DNA of 64,000 bases from Epiperipatus broadwayi (taxonomy: Eukaryota > Animalia > Onychophora): assembly GCA_028023455.1 (NCBI GenBank), contig JAQFVV010000006.1, positions 4,402,001 to 4,466,000 of the forward strand, written 5' to 3'. Below, one piece after another: positions 1-14,634 of the stretch. Each line of letters begins with the position of its first letter. Positions within the stretch are counted from its first letter, which is position 1. A program made the translations under genes and the position numbers. The notes beneath the pieces were generated by a model that was not told the DNA's origin, searched no databases, and saw only the letters and a program-made list of their open reading frames with translations.

Positions 1-186
1 TCAGCCTGTTCAAGCTTCAACTCATACTCTCTGCCTTTCTTAATGTCAATCTCATACATAATCTCATGTTCTGTGAGAAAGTGCACTCACCTTTAAGTTA
101 TATTAAAATATTAAAAAGAAATATCGCCATAAAATTGCAAAAATGGACGAATAAAATTATGTTTCATATGGTTACACATGCTGTTA

Positions 187-994
187 ATAAGAGTACCAAA
201 CTCTCCATACAGTAGTGCCGCCTAGTGCAAGTCTTCATAATCAATGGATGCAGAAAGGTTTGTGCATAAAATCCCTATCTAGTGCCTACTCATCCAACAT
301 CCCAGAATTATTCCTAGCTTGTGATTTTCATCAAGGAGGAACTTTGGATTTGAGGTCACTGCACCCAGATTTTACGTTCTAATGCAACTCTCCAGAAACC
401 ATCTTTTCTCTATTTGGTTAACTATAAAGGTAGGAGCCCAAGATGAAAACACCATTATAATGTTTCCAACCTAAGCTCATTTGCTTGTATAGTTATAGAT
501 CTGAATTCAGTTCAGCATCTATACCTTTTGGTGGCTTTGGTTTTTCAAAAACCACAGTAACCATTATCCTATGGGCAGGATATGTTTTGATGGTTTTACA
601 TCTATCCTGCCCTTAGGATAATGGTGATTGTGATTTTGGAAAAAACAGACACTAAAATGTATAGATGCTGAACTGAGTTTAGATCTATATGATTATACAG
701 GTGAATGATCTTGGGTTGGAAACATTGTGGTGTTTTCATCTTGGAGTTCATAACTTTATAGTTAACCAAATAGATAAAAGGTGGCTGCTGGAAGGTTGTA
801 TTAGACTAAGATCTGGGTGCAGTGCTCTCAAATCAAAGGTTCTTCATTGATGAAAGCCACAAGCTAGAAATTGGTCTGGGAGTGTTGGATGAGTAGGCAG
901 TAGGTAGGGATTTTATGCATATATTATCTGCATCCATTGATTATGAAAGCTTGCATTTGGTGGCACCACTGTATATTGAGTTTGGTACTCTTAT
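187..994. mobile_element. Family A fold-back element, longest copy (~400-bp diverged arms, degenerate HHRs)
   Basis: Arms 187-~590 and ~603-994 are reverse complements; degenerate HHR TTGATGA...GAAAT-TG-GTC at 847-876. Confidence 0.85.
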
Positions 995-1988
995 CATAAA
1001 ATATATTTGCTTTTCATTAGAATGTAGAAAATTTACACTTCTTTAGATTACAAGTGGTATGAGATACTGCTAAATCAGAAAAGGACAATTCAAATTAATA
1101 TGATTTTTATGAATACGTATTTAGGAAATTACTGAGATGGACACCTGTTTAATTAAAGAAATAATATTAAATTGAGCCATTTGAAAATTTAACCCAATCC
1201 TACATACCACATATAGCCATTGTTTAAACTGAAATAGAGCATGCCTGTACACATTGCTAAAAGAGTTGACAGAAAGATAACTGAAGTTCTTAAACTAGAT
1301 TCCTAAAGATTGTGAGAAATCTAGAAATATATCACCTAAGTCTCTGGATAAGGAATTGCCAGTAAAAGAAGATAGGGATTAGTGAAATTGGATTAAACTC
1401 AAAGAGGCCCTCTTAAAGTGGGGAGACAAATGGTTAAAAATAATAATTGGTAAATATAAATTAAAATATAAATAACAAATGTAAAAGTGGAACTAGGACT
1501 TAGTAAGGTAAAAGTGAAATTTTGTGTAAATATATTAAGTAGATAATTGAATAGTTTTATCAGAACTGGAATCAATTTAAACCACTTAAGCTCCAGAGTC
1601 TTGACAGTTTACTACTGTACTAAACCAAACAGAGACAATAATTAAATGACTTTATTGCTCAGATGATTATAAGAAGGTTGAGCATCAGAAGATCTAGAAC
1701 TGGAATGGATCTCACACTCTACCATAGCACCAGGTCATGTAAATTAATTTTAAAAAAAAGAGGAACACTACCAGAAGAGATGTAAATAAAATATAAATGT
1801 AATTTTGTGAGAGCAGAGAAGCTTGGAGAAAGGAATGTGAGTAATACCTGAGAATGCTATAAAACGTCTTCTTTATCTGTAATCATTTTTCATTTCATGT
1901 AGTCTTAATAAAAAGAAAGCAAAGCCAAAGCTTTTACGCAAAGATGAAAAAGAAGACTGTAATTAATAAACCAATGACCCATCTATGG

Positions 1989-2457
1989 CAGGGGTGGACA
2001 ATTGTTTTGGCTTGGGGGCCACAGAGGTTGGCAGGGCCACATCGGGGGTCACTTTGTGAAAGCGAGGGTTAGCAGAGGGCCGCACCTTTTTTTTCATGAC
2101 ACAATAAACACACTGCTTTATTCCCTATATTAGCAAAGAAATATTTGTTTGTCCATTCTTCATTAAACACACAACGTTCATCACCGATTTTATATTTTTT
2201 TGACGGGTTCATGGTTTCACTAAAGTTGGAAATGTATATATTTGCTAATGCAAAGACAAAATTGAAATTAACCAGATCAACTGGGAAAGCATTGCACATC
2301 ATATCTATACTGCGCATATGTATTGACATGGCCATCATAATGGAAAATATGAGATGAATCTTCGGTCACACACAAAGGAGATCTCAGTTCAAGACAGATT
2401 TTCTGATTGTCTTGGCAGGCCGCATGTGGCCCTCGAGCCGCTATTTGCCCACTTCTG
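1989..2457 (-). mobile_element. Non-autonomous hAT (Buster/SPIN-like) element retaining the transposase N-terminus
   Basis: Imperfect 13-bp TIRs (CAGGGGTGGACAA / CAGAAGTGGGCAA); exact 8-bp TSD ATCTATGG (1981-1988, 2458-2465) with central TA; minus-strand peptide MNPSKKYKIGDERCVFNEEWTNKYFF...KAVCLLCHE. Confidence 0.9.
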
Positions 2458-5066
2458 ATCTATGGAATATCTATTGAGTAACGTTAAAATGTACGTTAAA
2501 TTAATACTGAAATTTACATCTGCTAAAACTATTGTGTAAAACTAGTTACATAGTAAAGCGGAAATGAATTAAACCATCGGCTAATAATGAGAAACAACTA
2601 AAAATAAAATCTGATTATGTAGGAATTCAATTGTCAATAATTAACTAACAATTGAATTCTAGAAGGTTCTAATCTTTTTTAAAAAACCTTAATAACTAAT
2701 AAAAAGTCTATCCAGATAAAGTTAAAAAAGATTGGTTACTCCAGAAAACAAAAGAGAAAATAATAGTATTTAAATGGGAAAAGAAAGCAAGATATTTTTT
2801 CTTCTTTCCTTGTGTGTTTGCTCAACTGGGTTGCACATCAATATGAAGCAGCAGAAGAAATCAGTGGGAATTTTTTTCCAGATTCAGAATCTTTGCTCCT
2901 GGAAGGTACTCAAGCTGACTAGGGATCAAGCCGATCACCCCAATCTTATTACAATTTTTATATGCATCTCAAGGGCCAACAGAAGTAAAGACATTTGCCA
3001 GAAAATTAGGTAAATAGTGACTTTAATTAAGTATTATGTGTATGATTAAGCAAGGAACTTATATATCCCAGAAAGTGTCAAAGGAATTGCACAGATGGAA
3101 TTGAATTTATGTGTATTCAAATTGTAATCTATGTACAGCATATAACTATATGTGTATCTATATTACTAGAATTGTATTGTTCTCTATTATAATTAGTTTA
3201 GAAAATTGATCCGCTGTGGGGTTATTTATTTTCCTGAGAAGGGAAATAATTTAAAAATCATATTGCAAGTCTTACTTAAGGAAAAGTTAAGATTAAGACA
3301 GCAAACTACAATCATAAATATATTTTGGCTAAATGAAAATTATAAGTAAAGTAAATATTTTTGAAACAGTAGTATGTCAGCATAATTCGTTAACCCGATG
3401 TTTAAATTTTCTGTATGACTACAGTCAGAATAATTTGAGATTAGCATCACAGTTACTTTCAATTCAACACGGAACTCATTTATAGAATATCAATATTTTT
3501 AAACATAAATTTGGATATATAAAGTATACAATTTAATGAAGTACCTTTTGCAGAGTGGACAAATTAACGTTTTATGCATAGTGAAGACAACATTGACGTA
3601 TTTTCATTAACTTCTATATGAAATGACAAAAGTATAAGCAGGATGATAGGAAACGTAAATTCAAAGAAGCATCGCTCTTTGCTAATGATCCTCATGCTAT
3701 AAACAAAACCGAATCCAATATTGTGAGTGCTACGATTCTGACCGTCTACATTGAAAGCATAACTATAATAAAAACAGTATTAGCTTTCCTTGATTAAACA
3801 TTCAAAATGCTTATATATATCAATCATTAAGTATATTATAAAAATTAGGTCGACAATAGAGGATGTAAATACACATGTAACCTGTTATTAGTAAGATGGA
3901 AAAGTAAACTATTGTTTTGATAAAACTTTTCTGTGGTTGTTAGAGTTATTACTATTAGGAGAAATCTTTATATTGATCAAACTATCCTTGATGATATAAA
4001 TCAGCAGAAAGTATAACATTGAACTTAGCCGGTCTTAATATTATCTATATTGTGTGTTTCAATCGCAAGTTAGACTTTCTATTAGGTATAGCAAAGTTAA
4101 ATGTCTTATAAATGCAATCCTTTTTTTTTATTAAATTTTGGATTGTAATTATGGTAATTGCTTCGGTTAATTTATTCTGTGGATTAGCATAGTAAGATTA
4201 CAAACTCATGAGCTAAATCTTCCTGAAGTAATTCAATCCTGTATATCATTTCTAATGCTTGGATGTCACATGATCTGCCAAACGAGTAGCCATTTGTCAT
4301 TTAGCATGGTCATATGATGACACATCTGCCTGCTATACTTTCCTGGATGATCTAAGCATCTTACCATTAAGTAATTTTATTTGTCAGCTGTCTTTGGACT
4401 AATCATCTTAACCGTGAAGCATATTTACGTATTCCCCACGACCTTTGAAAAATTGAAAGGATGCATGAATGGATGGATTGATGGATGGACAGACATATAT
4501 ATTTGTCTACCTAAAAGCACTTTGGGATAACTGGATAATAAAATTCTATAATCAAATGGTAACAATGATCATCGTTGGTTTATTTTGCCGGTGCATTCTG
4601 CCATACTACTGTATATTTCAAATTTACATCTAAAACTAAAAATGCTAGAATAAACAGTTAAAGGGGTGACAAGCAATGGCAAACTACTATTGATGATGAT
4701 CATGTCTTACCTTTTAACAGTAGTATGTTATCTAACTATTCAAGAAACTTAACATACATATATTTAATGTAAAATCTGTGAATGTATATATGAAAGTTTT
4801 TAAAGATTTATATTCATTTCTTCTGAATGTCATAATAATGTTTGGAAATCATTTATAAATCTTTTTTTATAAACTTACCTTTGCTTATATATGTAATTTT
4901 TTGGCTTACATACGAATGTATGTGTAATAAAATGGTGTCTTTATATAATTACTGCTTGTCACTGAAAGTAGATTTAGCTTTATGATAGAAAGATAAGAAA
5001 AAAAAACTTTGTTACACTTACGTACATATGTAGGCTAAAGAATTAAGACTGTTGTATATATTTTAG

Positions 5067-5167
5067 TCTTAAACAATGAAAATTTGATGGATATTGATAC
5101 TCATAGTCCAGCAGAAATTATTTCAGCTCTTAGAAGACGTCACTGGGTTATATCAGATGATGAACAG
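5067..5167 (+). CDS. USP30: USP30-like deubiquitinase, first coding exon in window (5' exons lie upstream)
   Basis: ttttag acceptor and GT donor at 5168; 2 nt + 33 codons LNNENLMDIDTHSPAEIISALRRRHWVISDDEQ, resembling USP30 'LDVLRMYRWQISSFEEQ' and joining in frame to DAHE. Confidence 0.85.
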
Positions 5168-7139
5168 GTTTGCAATTTTAATACTTTAATGTTAAAATTT
5201 TTCTTTGTTTAAAAAAACATTTAATGGTTAAACTTATTAAATATTGTTTTTTTCATATTATAAAGTAATGTATGCAAATTGTAAATTTTAATAATTGCCT
5301 ATTTCATTACACAAAATATATTTTTAAATATCAGCTCTAATAATGATAATATTAATTGAAATATCTTGTATATAAAATCCCTAAATGTTTGTCCGTAATG
5401 CTGTCATGTGATATTTGAATTAAACATTTCTTTATTAGAGGGTGTATTTTTCAAGGATAAAAAAAATTATTTGTTCCACCATTAATAAACTGTAATTTTT
5501 TTTACAAAGCATTTTATGCAAAGGAAGTAATTTGTTACAGTCACCGATTAAAAAAGAACTGTTACAAAAACAAGCCTTTCCATAGGACTGATACATTTCT
5601 GGATTTTAAAAAATATGGTAATGGAATAAAACTTTTTGAAGGAAAAAAGCTTGGAAAAAATCAGCACATGTGCTTTTAACTATAGTAAAGTACTGAATGG
5701 GTGTAGTATTTAAATCGTGAAAAAAATGTGATTACAATACATAAATTCATGTTTGAAATGTGATATTTAGTGAAGGAAAAAAAAATAGATGTTATGGCCC
5801 CCTATTTACATTTAGTTTTAATTGGCATATAATTGAAGTTATGTAGTTTAATTAATATCATGTAATTTGTGGCTCTGCAGTTTAATATCGCATAATTTGC
5901 AGATCCACAGTATTGAAATTTATTAATGCAACCAATTAGAAAAACTTACAAAAACGATGGCCTTTCCATAGGCTGTATATCTATGTTGGTATATATATAT
6001 ATATAATAATCTAGAATGATAAACTTATCAAGTGCTAGTGATATGCAGTGCCCTCTATTGTCGTATTTACTTTGTAGTTGAAAAACGAATTTCTTTTGTT
6101 ATCCCCATTTCTTATAACATAACAGATCTGACAAATAATAATTATTACGGGGAACATCCATCTGAATCACGACTATTAATTTAATTTCATAAGATAGACT
6201 TAATTATTACTCTTTTTTTTATATTAAAAAGAAGTCAGATCACTTCATGAAATATGGAGAGAGTACATTGTTGAGACATTGATAGCATTAAGAGAATTAA
6301 GAAATGAAATGGAACTGGCTTGGACATTTGCAACACACTCAAAAAGATGAGGAGGATGGGGAAGATAAAACTAATTGTTGGAAAAACAGGAAACTGGCTT
6401 AAACTCAGGAGAGATCCTTCAATCACCAGTGGATCAATAATAAGAAAATGATGAAATTATAATAATAAACAACAAAGGATGTACTGTGCTATCGATGGTA
6501 TGTCCGCCAACTATACTCACAATCAGCACTCAAATCCATGGTGGATAAATTTGTCATATATTGGTTGTAGCAAATTATTCATTTCAGAAGCACTCACTAT
6601 AGCACATGAGTCAATGGATTAGATATGATCATTCACAATCACCAATTGTATGGAAGCGGCTAAAGGGATTATATGACATAATGAGTCACGCTTCATATTA
6701 AAGTGAACGAACACAACAGACATTAGTACTGTTAACTTATTGAGTTTTAGTTATTGCTTTTGTTTTATTCCACATTAACGATGACCAAGGGCATTGAAGT
6801 GATCTGAAAGTTTTAGAAAATATTCAGTGTTAGAAGAGATAACAAAGTGAAATTAAGTTCCATGTTATTAAATATTATTTTGAACCAATAAAACTTGGAA
6901 TACGTATATATGTTACATCGTTGACAATAAAAACACAATTTTTGCATCCATTTTTTTTAATCACGTTGGGGTATTTAGAAATGAACACATTATCATAAAA
7001 TCATTTGTATTTATTACCAATTTTGATATAGTTTCGCCATATACTAATTCTACTATTTCAGATATCTTTGCTTATATATTTATTCTTTAATAAACGGTGA
7101 AAAAAAATATGTTGTGTATTTGCATTTTTTATTATGTAG

Positions 7140-7238
7140 GATGCTCATGAGTTGTTTCAAGTGCTTACGTCGACTTTAGATGAAGAAACTGTGCACCATC
7201 CTCCAGTCATTTCGCTTTTAGATGTGAAGAAATTAGAG
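7140..7238 (+). CDS. USP30: USP30-like exon (QDAHE box)
   Basis: AG at 7138-7139, GT at 7239; 99 nt DAHELFQVLTSTLDEETVHHPPVISLLDVKKLE; completes the USP 'EQDAHE' motif. Confidence 0.93.
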
Positions 7239-8399
7239 GTATACAAAGATATATTATACCTATACATATATATATAATGAGTGAAATTTTTGGGACACAT
7301 GATGTTATCACTTCTTAGCTTTGAGTATTTCTCATGATCGGAAGTCAAAGAATCCTGCTTAAAATCTATAAAAAGGGTCCACATTCCTTGACACTGGAAT
7401 TCGCTTCACAAAAATAAGCTGCTAATTTGACAGTGAAATTTCTTTTATCTTTTGTCAAGACTATGGTATAGGAAAGAATTTTCTCTGTACTGAGACTTTA
7501 GTATCTGTGGATGGAGTGATTAGAGATTAAATAGGATTCTTTGACTGCTGATCATAAGAATTTATATTATGGAGGATTGCCAGTATGTGTTAAATTTTTT
7601 TTTGATTTCGTTTTTTAATTATGAAAATCTTTACAATGGTACATATATTTTTTTACCCTTATAAGGCTGGATATAAATAATTTAAATTAAAAAAAAATAA
7701 TAAAACAAAAGAGAACATAAAGTGTAGTTTGTCTTTAGTGGCTTTCTGTTATCTTCTAATGAGATGGCAAAATGTCAGTTCATTATTATTTATTTGAGTC
7801 CGTTCGTCTTAAACATTTCTCTATTGTAATTTCCGATTTTTTCTTCACTATTGATAACTATGTAATATTAAATACGCTTAACGTATATAGTGAAATTAAA
7901 GTTCAACGATTATATTAATATTTCTTAAGGCTAAGCGCTTTTGGCCAAAGTTGCAAATTTTCGTATTAACTTTAATTTTCGTGATATTGCTGAAAAAAAT
8001 ATCTCCCAAAAAGCTGAGAAAATATAATTATTATAAATAAAAAGAATAAAGAATTTAATCATTTTTTGAGTTATTAACTTTATATTTATTCCAGAATTAT
8101 GAATTTTAATACATTAACTTTTAAAATAGACATTACATTTTGTATAAAATTAAGATTAAAATGACATGTAAAAAACATTTACCTATTTTATTTTATATCA
8201 CTGCTTTTTAAACAATGAAAGTGTTTTAGTATTTTACTTTTAGCGCAGGATTCATCTAAAGAATTGGGTAATCTTTGTCATTTTAACAAAATTAACATCA
8301 GATTATACAATAATCACTTTTAAATTGTTATTAAAAATAACATTGATAAATTACAATTTGGATGTGCAAATATACATTGCTAATTGCATTTGAGCAATT

Positions 8400-9480
8400 T
8401 ACACCCAGACTGCAGTTCGATGACAACTTTTTATTTAAATATTCACTAAGGCAGATCATTTCAAGTGAGGGAAGATTGCTTGAATTTCAAGGACAACTAT
8501 CTCAAATTAGATGAGACCTTGTCGGACTTTGGGAAGATAGACGTAAAGCTGAAGAGGGAATATTGATTTAAAATGGGGGAATTTGATTCACTACATAGAT
8601 ACAAATACTGGAATCATAAATGAAATTGGATTCATTACAAATAAAAAGTGATAGTTAACATCGTCAAGATTAATAGTGTATCAAATAAAGTAGCAAGATT
8701 AGTTATTCAACTTAATGGAAATGCCAAGTGCAAATAGTTTAAGTTTATGCTGCGACAAGTTTTCATTGTGATGAAGAATTAGAGGATTTTTACATGAATG
8801 TACAAAAGGCTTTTGGTCAGGCCAAACAACCTTTTAAAATCGTCAAGGGAGAATTTAGAGCTAGAATTGGGAAACAATTGAAAGGTGAGAGTGCTGAGGA
8901 TACAATGATAGAAATGAAAGAGGACACAGACCGGTGGAGTTTGCAGAAAAGGAAAAACTGAATATTATGAATTTTTTTTTTGAGAAACGTGCTAAACAGA
9001 AATGGACATAGAAATATTCAAATAAAGGCACTGCAGAATTGGATTATACATTGACTAACAGAAAATATTTATTTCTAGAGTGTAATCTTCTTAATAAATT
9101 CAACACCGTAAATAGTCATTGATTAGTGAGATGTAAGACATGAGTTAGATGACAATTAGTTATGAGAAACAGTATTCATGGTCAATATTCCTAACCTTCA
9201 GAAACATTCCAGTGAATTTAAATTAGAACTTGTGAGTCATTTTAAAATATTTACAGATTTTGAACATAATTCAGGTTTGAATGAAATCAATAAAAAGATA
9301 ACTGATACACTATTAAGAATAGCTTCATACATAACTGGTACCAAAAAATCTAACAATTTACCAATACTTTTTCGACCGAGACAATTGAATATTTAGAATG
9401 TTTGAAGGAATAAAAACTTCCATTAAGAAAAATTGAATATTTAGATTGTTTGAACAAAAAAGTGTTAATAATTATATTAA
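8400..9480 (+). mobile_element. Degraded RTE-clade LINE, APE endonuclease region
   Basis: Frameshifted EN motifs; homologous to 20130-21260. Confidence 0.6.
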
Positions 9481-9559
9481 AACATACTTTAGAGAAAGGC
9501 TTTAACCATTACTATATGTGACTTGAATGTTTACAATATTCAAACAATGTTGATTTTTG

Positions 9560-10370
9560 ACTATAGAGAGACATACTTCTTATGTGCTTAATATGGATAA
9601 TAAGTGAATAGCCAAAATACTATTTAATTGGGTTATGAGTAAAGGACAGGAAACAAGATGGATGAGAAAGATAGTATGGTATGCAGAAGATTATATCAGT
9701 ATACTTATACAAAAGGTGAGATGATTGTGTTAGGAGAATTGTTGAGTGTTATAGTCACAAGGCATGGGATAGCTGAATAGATGCATTAATAAAAAATAGG
9801 GAGTTGGAGAGATGGAGAAGTAGTATAGAGAATAAAATGAGTTTAAATATATATAGAAGTAAACAATATTGGGTGTGAGTTGATTTATGATAATAACAAG
9901 GAAAGTAGTTTATTGTTTAAAATCTGAACATGATCTTTAGCTACAAGGGAATATACACATAAATGGAAAAAATATGGGTGATTTAGTCTGCAAGTTATGT
10001 AAGGAAGACATAGAAAATATTAGGCATCTGTTAATTGAATATAAATGCCTACGAACAGAAAGGGTACAAATAAGGAAGTTGTGGGAGAATAAATATAAAC
10101 AAATTGATTATACCGAAAGTGGGTACTTGGTTTTTATGCTGGGTTTGGGCAAAAATAAGGAGGATTTAGATATAACGGCCCTAGAGTTGACAAAGATTAT
10201 GTTGTGGAAATGTGATGGAGCAGGATAGAGAAGAATATGGCAAAAACTGGGTGGGGAATGGAAAGGGAAGGTAAGGTGGCTTAACAGGTTTCTTTGGGCA
10301 TAGTGGCTGAGAGATTCCTGATTCCAAGAAAGAAGTCACAGTGCACCACATCAAATAATCACACCTTTAC
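9560..10370 (+). mobile_element. 3' fragment of a non-LTR retrotransposon with C-terminal CCHC
   Basis: WRSSIENKMSLNIY and CKLCKEDIENIRHLLIEYKC (ORF 9974-10228); interrupts the RTE relic. Confidence 0.65.
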
Positions 10371-10379
10371 ATTAACAAA

Positions 10380-10965
10380 CATAATTGGCAATTAATATGG
10401 AAAACTACATCTTCAAAAGTATAAAACATCATTTTGGTATTGATTGGAAGTTATTTCTGCTATAAGAAGCAAAAATGGAGCTATTAATAAAAAGAGAAGT
10501 GATATCATGAAATATGTAGTGAGACTTCTTGTAAAAGGATTATATTTGCAATAAATGATTAAAAAACAATGTATTCCCCACATTTACTACATCTTTTGAA
10601 TTGCCCAGGATTTTAAATGAAAGAATGAGATATCCAATTATGTCTATGAAAAAACGAGAAGCTCCAGTTAATGAAGGAATTATAATGACTAACTTAAAAG
10701 AAGAAGTCGAAAAAACAGAAAGTTGTTGGTAAAATTATATATCAAATGTCTTAATGATAAAGATATATCAGATGATTGGAAGAATGCAGTAGTGACATTG
10801 ATATTTATAAAAAGTGGTAAAGAAGATATTAAAAATTACAGACCTATCAGTCTTCTTTCAGTTTGAACGACTTATCTATCAAAACTTTGGATTTTAACCA
10901 ACCCAAAGAACAATTGGATATAAAAGTGGTTTTAGTCTAGTGGATCACATCTAAGTATTGAGAGA
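10380..10965 (+). mobile_element. Degraded RTE LINE, RT N-terminal region
   Basis: EDIKNYRPISLLS motif at ~10822-10860; homologous to 22430-22800. Confidence 0.7.
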
Positions 10966-13457
10966 AGGGTGCAAGTGGTATAAATAAAATTCTATTTATT
11001 GGGACAATTATAAGTTCCCTTGTCTCATGTAAGGTATCATTTGAAAGCAAATTGAAAGGACTATAATTTTATCTTGATTTCAAATAAATATCTAATAATA
11101 TTCAGTCATAAAATTTTAAGTGAAATTAAAACCATTATTCTAAATGGTAAAAATCCCTTTCAATTTGTTACAGATTTTTTTTATTTATACAATTTAAAAA
11201 CGGGAAATTTTCAAGTAAACCATGTGATCATTTAGTAGCATGAATAATTAATATTAAAATTGGGTGTAATAACCAGTCAAAATTGAATACCAAGGGTGAA
11301 TGATCAAGGAGGTGGGTTTGAAGATTAGTGATAACCAAAAGTTATAAAAGGGTTACACATAATTTGAGGGGGTATGTTCCTGTCAGTTTCTGATCTGTTC
11401 TGGTTACATTCCGAGTCTGTTTCTGTTAATTTTATTTTGTTCCGGTGGGTTTTTGTATTCTTCAACTTGTACCCATCTGACTTAATATTCTGTTAAAAAC
11501 TGGTAGTAAAAGTAAAATTTGTACTAAGTTTAATAAGTATGTCGATGGTAAATCTCTAAATCAGGTACGCTTTTCACTCCCGATATCAATCATTAATCAG
11601 ATCCCAAGGATGGCAAATTTCTGTGCGATTGGTCAATGGATAGTACATCTGAAATGGACTCTCCAATTTTCCCAATGTGAAATATCTCGGGTAATGACTT
11701 TCTTTGATATTTATTTTGTTACAACTGTTTTATGTGAAATGTTTGAATGGCTTTATTTGAAAAAGTGAAGGAAAAGACTGAAATGCGAACATTCGCTATA
11801 ATTCTATACTTGTATTAAAATTGTTTATAATGTGGAACAAGCTTTCCGCAATTTTTATTTTTTTTATCATGAAGGAAAACTGTCACTTTTTGTGTGAGAG
11901 AAGTCAAAATATGCCAGAGTAACTGCTATTCAAGTGAGAAAAGTTACTGAATAAATGAACATTATAAAAGAAATTATAAATGTATGGTGGTAATAAATGC
12001 TGAGCTCAATATCTAAATGGCATTGCTAAACTTATAATACCAAGGAATAACTGAGTTTCTTAAGTGATGTTAAACTGAGTAATTTTGGATAATCCACTTT
12101 AGATTAAGTGATTTTGCTTTAATATTGATTCAGGATCGTAAGGAATAGTGCAGCTGCTTCGTAAAAACACGAGCATTCTAAACTTTAAAAATATTAAGCA
12201 AGTATGCAATTTTGGATGATTTTAAATCAAGGAGTTATGGCCATGTGTATGTTTTCATGTTTAAATACTATCATTTATGTGTGTTTATAATATGTGTGGA
12301 GTAATTTTAAATGATTGCAAGGAGGAGGATGATCGTGCTAATCGTCACAGTGAATGAAAGCAATCGTAAGCGATGGACTGTGCTAAAGACTTTTAAGAAT
12401 AATTTTCTCTTTATTTTATTATGCATTTATTTATTATATGTAGTGAAAGCTTATTTTATTTTAGTGTCTACTATTTCAAATATATTACTGAATATACCCG
12501 GTATTAAATTTAAGTTATATTAGGGGGAAATATGCCTTCTTCATTATATATCGTTATGATTTAATTTTGATGTTATTGTAATATGAATCACTTGTCTGGG
12601 TGAAAGTTTAAGATGTTTACATGAGAGGTTCACGGGTCTATAAATTATTTTTATGCTTACAAGTAAATATTGATATTAATGCTCCATTTTATTACTTATA
12701 TAGTTATAAGATATTGATATTACTACGTCCTGGATGATGAGAGATTTAAATATAATTGTTGTCTGTTGAAAAGTGATGCACATTTCTTATTTCGTAATTA
12801 TTTAAGGCTTTGATAATTTTTTTTTTATTATTATTTTATTCCAGTCGTATTTAACTGTTAACGGCATTATCGGTTTTATACATCAATATAGTGCTTAGTG
12901 AGAGTTCAAATCCTGTTCTCCCAAGATTAAATGATGTTTGTGAATGACCATGTTTGTTGAAGGTATGCTAAATTACCGCTGCCTTAAGGGTTGAAGTTGA
13001 GTATAGCTCTTATGATTATAAGTATTAAGTATTTTAGTAACAGTTTTCGTAGGTTCTTAAAAAAGTTTAACTTGAAATGCTTGTAAACAAAAACTGCAAG
13101 TATGAAATATCGTGTAAAATTGGAAGATATTCGGGAAGCCAGTTGTTCATTGAAATACGATTAAGAGTACAAAAATTGGTATAAAGGAAAAGAAAATTAA
13201 TGTCTGAAATAACAGACAATTCTTGTACCAGGTAACTTATGTTTGATTGGGAAAAGACAAGAATACTGGAAAGAGAGAAAAAAGGAAAATTTAAACTACT
13301 TGTATGATAAATGCAAATAGCTGCATGGGTCATTCTAGGATGATAATCCATAATATCTGAAACCACTTTTAACCATGCTTTTAAATGATATGGGCAACTC
13401 AGAAAGATCTTTGTAGATAAGTACATAAAACATCTCTTGATTATTGGCTTTCACACA

Positions 13458-13528
13458 ATAAGTTAATTGGTTAGAGCATCACATTAAAGTCACTGTTCGG
13501 GAATCTCAAGGTCACTGATTCAATTCCC
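13458..13528 (+). pseudogene. tRNA-derived relic or SINE head
   Basis: A-box-like taattggttagagca and B-box-like gattcaattccc; no intact cloverleaf. Confidence 0.45.
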
Positions 13529-14256
13529 ATGCTTTTATTGTCACTGATCAGGCTAGCTACACTTGAGAAAGTCAATAATATGATTGAAATAATGGTAGAG
13601 CTAAGAGGCTTGAAATACAAAGACTTCCAAAAAATGCTAATTAAAAGTGTTAAATATGCTATAATAGAGAATGAACTTTGTGGTTATCTAAAAATGAAAG
13701 AACATCTAATCTCTTCCAGTTATTAAAATGCTTTCTCACTTAATGAATTATTAACATTAACTTTAACTAAATTATTTTGTGTCTTATAAAATTAGTACCA
13801 TTTGTTTCTTACAATAGAACTTAATTATAATGTGTGTTTAAATTTTCCTGTGATCTTGCCTTTTTTTTTTATTTTTCAGATATAACTTAATTTTCTGTGC
13901 AGAAAATAAATATTTCCTATAAAGTCTATCCATTATATATATATATACAACTTATATTAATCCTTAATAAGAGGATAATCAGCTTTGGACATGCACTGTC
14001 AATCACGTTACAAACACCTATGTTATAGCGTGTACGCTTTAGAATGGACTCATATAATTGCATTTAGGTATAAAGGTAATATTGCTGTTTTTATCTTTAA
14101 AAAAGTCTATCTTGCATTTGGGTTTGAGAGTGTCCTGCGTATTCACTATAACATCAGTGAGTTAGTAACATGGTTGAACAGCAACTGTCAAAGGCTGCTT
14201 ACCTTCTGATTAAGAATTACGAAAACTGCGCTTGTAAATTACATTGTTATTAAAAT

Positions 14257-14634
14257 AAATTAATATATATATATGTGCTCTGTGCACAGATAATGAAGCT
14301 ATTAATTGTCTGTGAAATTATTAAAATTTACGCCAAGCGCTTTTGGGACACTTTATAGTCCCATATTCATGGCGACTTGTATTCGATAAATAACTATAAT
14401 ATTAATGCAAATGGTCCACGTAACATCTGCACTTAAATTTGCATAAAATTTGCATTAATATTATAGTTTTTTATCGAATACAAGTCGCCATGAATATGGG
14501 ACTATAAACTGTCCCGAAAGCGCTTGGCAGTAAATTTTAATAATTTCACAGACAATTAATAGCTTCATTATCTGTGCGCAGAGCACATATATATATTAAT
14601 TTATTTTAAACGTTAATGAAATAAAATCTTAACT
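14257..14634. mobile_element. Family E fold-back element with ~25-bp tail and 14-bp TSD
   Basis: Arms ~14250-14411 and ~14448-14609 nearly identical; TSD attgttattaaaat at 14243-14256 and 14635-14648. Confidence 0.88.
14486..14528 (+). ncRNA. Candidate variant hammerhead (A3-U8 core)
   Basis: CGCC-AUGAAUA-U-GGGAC-UAUAAACU-GUCCC-GAAA-G-CG-CUU-GGC; AGCGCU palindrome. Confidence 0.55.

Noticed and set aside
3545-3790. Possible upstream USP30 exon (Cys box)
   Set aside because: No GNTC-like motif or compatible open frame found in 1-5066; those exons must lie upstream of the window.
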